64,000 nucleotides of DNA. Source: Candidatus Fermentibacterota bacterium (GTDB lineage Bacteria; Fermentibacterota; Fermentibacteria; Fermentibacterales; JCC-6). The notes under the pieces were generated by a model. The model saw only the letters and a list, made by a program, of their open reading frames with translations. It was not told the DNA's origin and did not search any database. Both the position numbers and the translations under genes were made by a program. The stretch lies in assembly GCA_030609965.1 (NCBI GenBank), contig JAUWSQ010000001.1, positions 105,787 to 169,786 on the forward strand, given 5' to 3'. This document shows, piece by piece, positions 60,183 to 64,000 of this stretch. Numbering within the stretch: position 1 is the stretch's first letter; each line of letters begins with the position of its first letter.

Positions 60183-62261
60183 ATGAAAGTAAACAGTGTA
60201 CATGTATTAATCTCTAAATCCTGCCCAAACAACTGTATATTCTGTACTGTTGCTGGCCGGAGGAGAAGACAGATTTTCCCGGAAAAGAAAGAGATCATCC
60301 GCTTCATGAGGGATTCTGCGGCGGCGGGGACCCGGAGTCTGGTTTTCTCCGGCATGGGGGAGCCCACTCTAGATCCTGATTTCGAAGAATACCTTGCATT
60401 AGCAGAGGAATTGGGATTTGACAGCATCAGCCTTTTTACGAATGGTTATGGCCTTAAGGCAGAAGACGTCCGCCGCTGGAAAGATTATGGCCTTTCATCA
60501 GTCTTAATTTCCATGCATGGAATGGAAGACGGCCACGATCGCAATGTTCAGCGAAAGGGGTCTTTCAGGGAGGCTGTTTCCGCTATACGGCTATATTCAG
60601 AGTATGATATCTTGGTTACCGTCAACACATGCCTGACCCGGCTTAACCTTCCCGAGATACCGAGGCTGTGCGAATTCCTTGCTGGCTTTCGGGTGATAAC
60701 ACACACGCTCACATTCCCTGAGTGGTCAGGTAACGTGCCACTCTACGAAGAAAATATTCTCGATTACCACGAAGTCAGTGAAGTAGCGGGTGATCTGATC
60801 CCTGAAGGGAATATGATAGCAATGTTCGAGGATATGCCATATTGCCTGGTTCGTAATAAAACTCGCGAGATGCAGAATCGGGGAATTGTCGGGCTGCTCG
60901 ATGGTACCGGAGAGCATGAATTTGACGGGAACGCAAGGAAGATCTTTCCGGAATCGTGTTCGGGTCGCGGGTGCGTATTCCAAACCGTTTGTTCAGGTTT
61001 TGAGAGGAACTACATCAAAGCCCGGGGTTGGCAGGATCTCAAGGAAAGGGTTGGTCGGTTTCTTGATCTTCTCAATGATCCTGAGCACGGGGATACAATA
61101 TTAGCAGAATTACCCGATCACCCTCGTACGCGCAGATCCCCGAAAGGAAGCCGACGCAGGTCCGACCGTGGACCTCATAACAGCCAGGTCGTGATCGTTA
61201 AACCAACCAGCCGGTGTAACGCAGGTTGCCGATATTGCTCAAGCTATAAAGAATCGCAACCACCCGATATGTCGCCTGACTTCCTCGACAAGATGTATGC
61301 GGAGCTGTTCGAATATGCAGCGCTCCAGGGCAAAAAATACATTACATTCTTGTGGCATGGGGGAGAACCATTACTCATGGGCAAATCCTTCTATGACCGC
61401 GCATGGGGTCTGACAACCACCGTTAAAGATCTGAGAATCACACATATCCTCCAGAGCAACATGCTGCTTCTGGATAATGATTGGGTGGAGCTGCTCAGCC
61501 GGTACAATGTACACATCAGCAGTTCTGTTGACCCGATTGGTCAAGACCGTATTCTCAAGGATGGTCGTCAGCAATATCCCGACTGGCTTGACAAGTTCAT
61601 CCTGGCTGCTTCCGGCGGCCTGCACTTAGGATTAGTGTTTACGGTCACCCCGAGCCATATTGATAGGTATGCTGACGTTTATCATTTCTTTAAGAACCTG
61701 CAAACCCTGTCAGCAAGACCCCTGGGCGTTCGCTTGAATCCGGTCTACCCGGCCGGGGCCGCTAAAGGGCTGGACCCTGGGGAGTTGATCGACCCAGCCG
61801 ATTACGGTGAATTTCTTTGCCGGCTATGGGATCTCTGGTGTAATGATGGGAAATCTTTCCCGCTCTCACCGTTTACAGATTGGAGTGAGGGGAAAGGAAC
61901 AACATGTGAATTCTCCGGACGATGCCAGGATAATTTCATAGAGGTTAGCGGCAATGGTGATATTCACCACTGCGGAAGGTTTACAGACGCAGGTTTGGTG
62001 CTGGGGAACATTACTAACGCCAAGCTTGTGGATATACTGAAACACCCTCAGATGAAAGAAATTCGTCGGCGTTCAGAGCTGCTGAAAGATGGATCGTGTA
62101 AAGGATGCCCTTTCTGGGAACTTTGCATGGGTGGCTGCCCTTGTCACGCTTATACTACATTCGGAGAAATAACGCGCGAAACCCCCTACTGCCCCGCCTA
62201 CAAAATGTTCTTTGCTTCGAGCGGCCTGGGCAGTGTTGAAGATAAGCTGGAGGTTAATTGA
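60183..62261 (+). CDS. Tandem radical SAM fusion: rSAM (HxsC-like) + rSAM/SPASM
   Basis: CPNNCIFC..SGMGEPT..CSGRGCVFQTVC; linker; KPTSRCNAGCRYC..WHGGEP..LQSN..CEFSGRC..HHC..CKGCPFWELCMGGCP..YC. Confidence 0.88.
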   Translation: MKVNSVHVLISKSCPNNCIFCTVAGRRRRQIFPEKKEIIRFMRDSAAAGTRSLVFSGMGEPTLDPDFEEYLALAEELGFDSISLFTNGYGLKAEDVRRWKDYGLSSVLISMHGMEDGHDRNVQRKGSFREAVSAIRLYSEYDILVTVNTCLTRLNLPEIPRLCEFLAGFRVITHTLTFPEWSGNVPLYEENILDYHEVSEVAGDLIPEGNMIAMFEDMPYCLVRNKTREMQNRGIVGLLDGTGEHEFDGNARKIFPESCSGRGCVFQTVCSGFERNYIKARGWQDLKERVGRFLDLLNDPEHGDTILAELPDHPRTRRSPKGSRRRSDRGPHNSQVVIVKPTSRCNAGCRYCSSYKESQPPDMSPDFLDKMYAELFEYAALQGKKYITFLWHGGEPLLMGKSFYDRAWGLTTTVKDLRITHILQSNMLLLDNDWVELLSRYNVHISSSVDPIGQDRILKDGRQQYPDWLDKFILAASGGLHLGLVFTVTPSHIDRYADVYHFFKNLQTLSARPLGVRLNPVYPAGAAKGLDPGELIDPADYGEFLCRLWDLWCNDGKSFPLSPFTDWSEGKGTTCEFSGRCQDNFIEVSGNGDIHHCGRFTDAGLVLGNITNAKLVDILKHPQMKEIRRRSELLKDGSCKGCPFWELCMGGCPCHAYTTFGEITRETPYCPAYKMFFASSGLGSVEDKLEVN

Positions 62262-63151
62262 TGCATGTTTTCCCAAAGAATACCCTGGTGAATACTCCGT
62301 GCGAAACTATGCTGGATGGCGAATGTTCTGTTTCCGTACGAATTAGCACACCTGATTCCGTTCCTCGTATACGTGAGTTTTACGGCAAGAGACTATTCAA
62401 CCTGGAAATTGAAGGTGAGTTGATAAAAGATATTGATCTTATACGTGCAATTGATGTAAACCGTGTCCGGATCATACTAGGAGACATCAACATACTTGAG
62501 GTTGAAGGCAGGTTGATAGAAGCATTGCAGAAAATGGGGGCTCAATCCGTGTTCGAGATTAACCCGGATAAGAAGCTTTTAAGAAACATCAACTTCCTCA
62601 CAGGCCTTGATATATTAGTGCATATTGATATGACAAAACCGGTCCAGGATGAAAACGCACTGCTGCAAGCGGTCGATTTCTATCTTCACAATCCTATGTT
62701 AAGAACACCGATTGAACCCATACATAACCTGCTTGTAACGATGAACCGAAGGCGGGGGCGTACATTGTGGAGTACGGAACTGGAAAACGTGAAGACTAAC
62801 TTTTACGTTAGTGATCAAGGGGAGGTTTCTCTTTCGAGTCGGTGGATAGAGAATGACATGAAATACGGTACGTTGGATGATTCCGTTAAGGATTTCATGA
62901 AATCAGAGCTATACAATAAATTGGCAACCTTGAAAGAAGAAATGTTCCGAAGTAAGAGTTCTTGTGTTTTCTGTGGAAATCTGGATGTATGCAAAGGCTT
63001 CCTGCGCGCAATTGACTCGGAATGGCCATGTGATATCTGGAAGAAGGTCTTCAATATTCTTCAAGGTGCGGTGCGGGAAGGAAAGGATCTCCTGAGGAAA
63101 ATTGATCAACAGAAGGAACTGGCAAAATCGCCGGATGAACAGGTTACATAG
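62258..63151 (+). CDS. Accessory protein with SPASM-like C-terminal Cys cluster and no CxxxCxxC
   Basis: 4-nt overlap with the upstream gene; CVFCGNLDVCKG..WPC. Confidence 0.75.
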   Translation: MMHVFPKNTLVNTPCETMLDGECSVSVRISTPDSVPRIREFYGKRLFNLEIEGELIKDIDLIRAIDVNRVRIILGDINILEVEGRLIEALQKMGAQSVFEINPDKKLLRNINFLTGLDILVHIDMTKPVQDENALLQAVDFYLHNPMLRTPIEPIHNLLVTMNRRRGRTLWSTELENVKTNFYVSDQGEVSLSSRWIENDMKYGTLDDSVKDFMKSELYNKLATLKEEMFRSKSSCVFCGNLDVCKGFLRAIDSEWPCDIWKKVFNILQGAVREGKDLLRKIDQQKELAKSPDEQVT

Positions 63152-64000
63152 TCCCGGAATCAGGTTTCATGATGTTTCAGGATAAGCATGTCCCAAAACA
63201 GCGAAATGGTGCCTGTTTATACGCCGTTTGTTGACGATGCATTTTCTGCTGCTTTTATCCAGTGTATCGACGGTGAAGTCGGGGCGTTCACCTTGTCCGG
63301 TGCACCAAAGCTAAGAGTTCCCAGTTCCGGTCAACATTTTCCTGTTAGAGTGAGATTATGTGCTTGGATTCCGGTTTTAATGGTAATCGAAGCGTACCTG
63401 TTATTTGATACATTCGGTAATGAGACGTATTTTCTTCGACTTGTAATTCAGTTTCCATTTATCATGCTCAACTTTGAACAAAGGCCTGAAGTAATTCTCA
63501 GAACGAGACACACCGTTTAGATTGATTGCATCGGGATACATCATCCTCTGAAGCATGTTCCCATTCATATTAATGTACGCCATCAATCTAATACTCTACG
63601 GACTTTCCTTATACATACGTCTGATATTTCCTTAGTTACTAAGCATTTACGGATAATACGAGTGGGTCATATATGACGTACAGTTGTTTCATGTTGTACA
63701 TTAGAGCTTTACGCTCGATGAATTGGATTAACTCTAATGTTCAAATAAACAGTCTGTGCATAAGGTGGAACTGCATATAGAATTTACATAATAACTAACG
63801 TTAACTGATTCACTATGTTTATCATAAGATATATATATATTATGATGTTAACTATATATCATCTATAAAAAAGGTTTTATATTCCGATTTCAAATCTATA
63901 TTGTTCATGTAAAACAAATATTCTATATAAATGTATTCAATAGAATCTTTAGATATCTCCATATCACTGATTATATAATCTATAAATTGTTCTTTTGTAT

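Noticed and set aside
63188-63586. ORFs 63188-63520 (+) and 63401-63586 (-)
   Set aside because: No recognisable motif or clear RBS; they overlap each other at the AT-rich edge.
1-64000. Numerous short antisense or overlapping ORFs; tRNA and rRNA genes
   Set aside because: The short ORFs lie within well-supported genes on other frames; no tRNA cloverleaf or rRNA signature was seen by eye.

Overview
A 64-kb chromosomal window from an anaerobic bacterium. Gingipain-like C25 proteases, T9SS/FlgD-like C-terminal domains and a C-terminal TWGSIK motif suggest an FCB-superphylum lineage such as Ca. Fermentibacteria (inference, not verified). Ordinary content: a birA-bioBFHCDA biotin operon with a BirA operator, nifS-nifU, trmO, three PAS hybrid kinases, a diguanylate cyclase and many secreted proteins. 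Four things stand out. (1) At 56.1-63.2 kb, an operon with four radical SAM (rSAM) domains (rSAM/SPASM, B12-rSAM, and a tandem rSAM-rSAM/SPASM fusion) surrounds a 146-aa peptide. The peptide has a twin-Arg/lipobox-like leader and an 87-aa core holding 24 aromatic-x-(Asp/Asn) triplets. This is the best candidate for an undescribed peptide-modification system. (2) At 39.2-46.0 kb, an operon encodes an rSAM-FeeM-like acyltransferase fusion, a B12-rSAM, a FIST protein and a cytoplasmic hybrid kinase, a candidate signal-synthesis-and-sensing circuit. A decayed IS1182-like element has inserted right at its start codon. (3) A secreted Omp28/thioredoxin-like selenoprotein (UxxC, in-frame TGA, SECIS-like hairpin) that the ORF track truncates. 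(4) An ArsR-DsrE-TusA-MvhD-HdrA-HdrA-FdhB-like cluster without hdrBC, whose HdrA proteins lack the CVGSR..CSxxCC cluster ligands. No tRNA, rRNA or CRISPR array was seen. All family assignments come from motif recognition by eye; no database searches were run.
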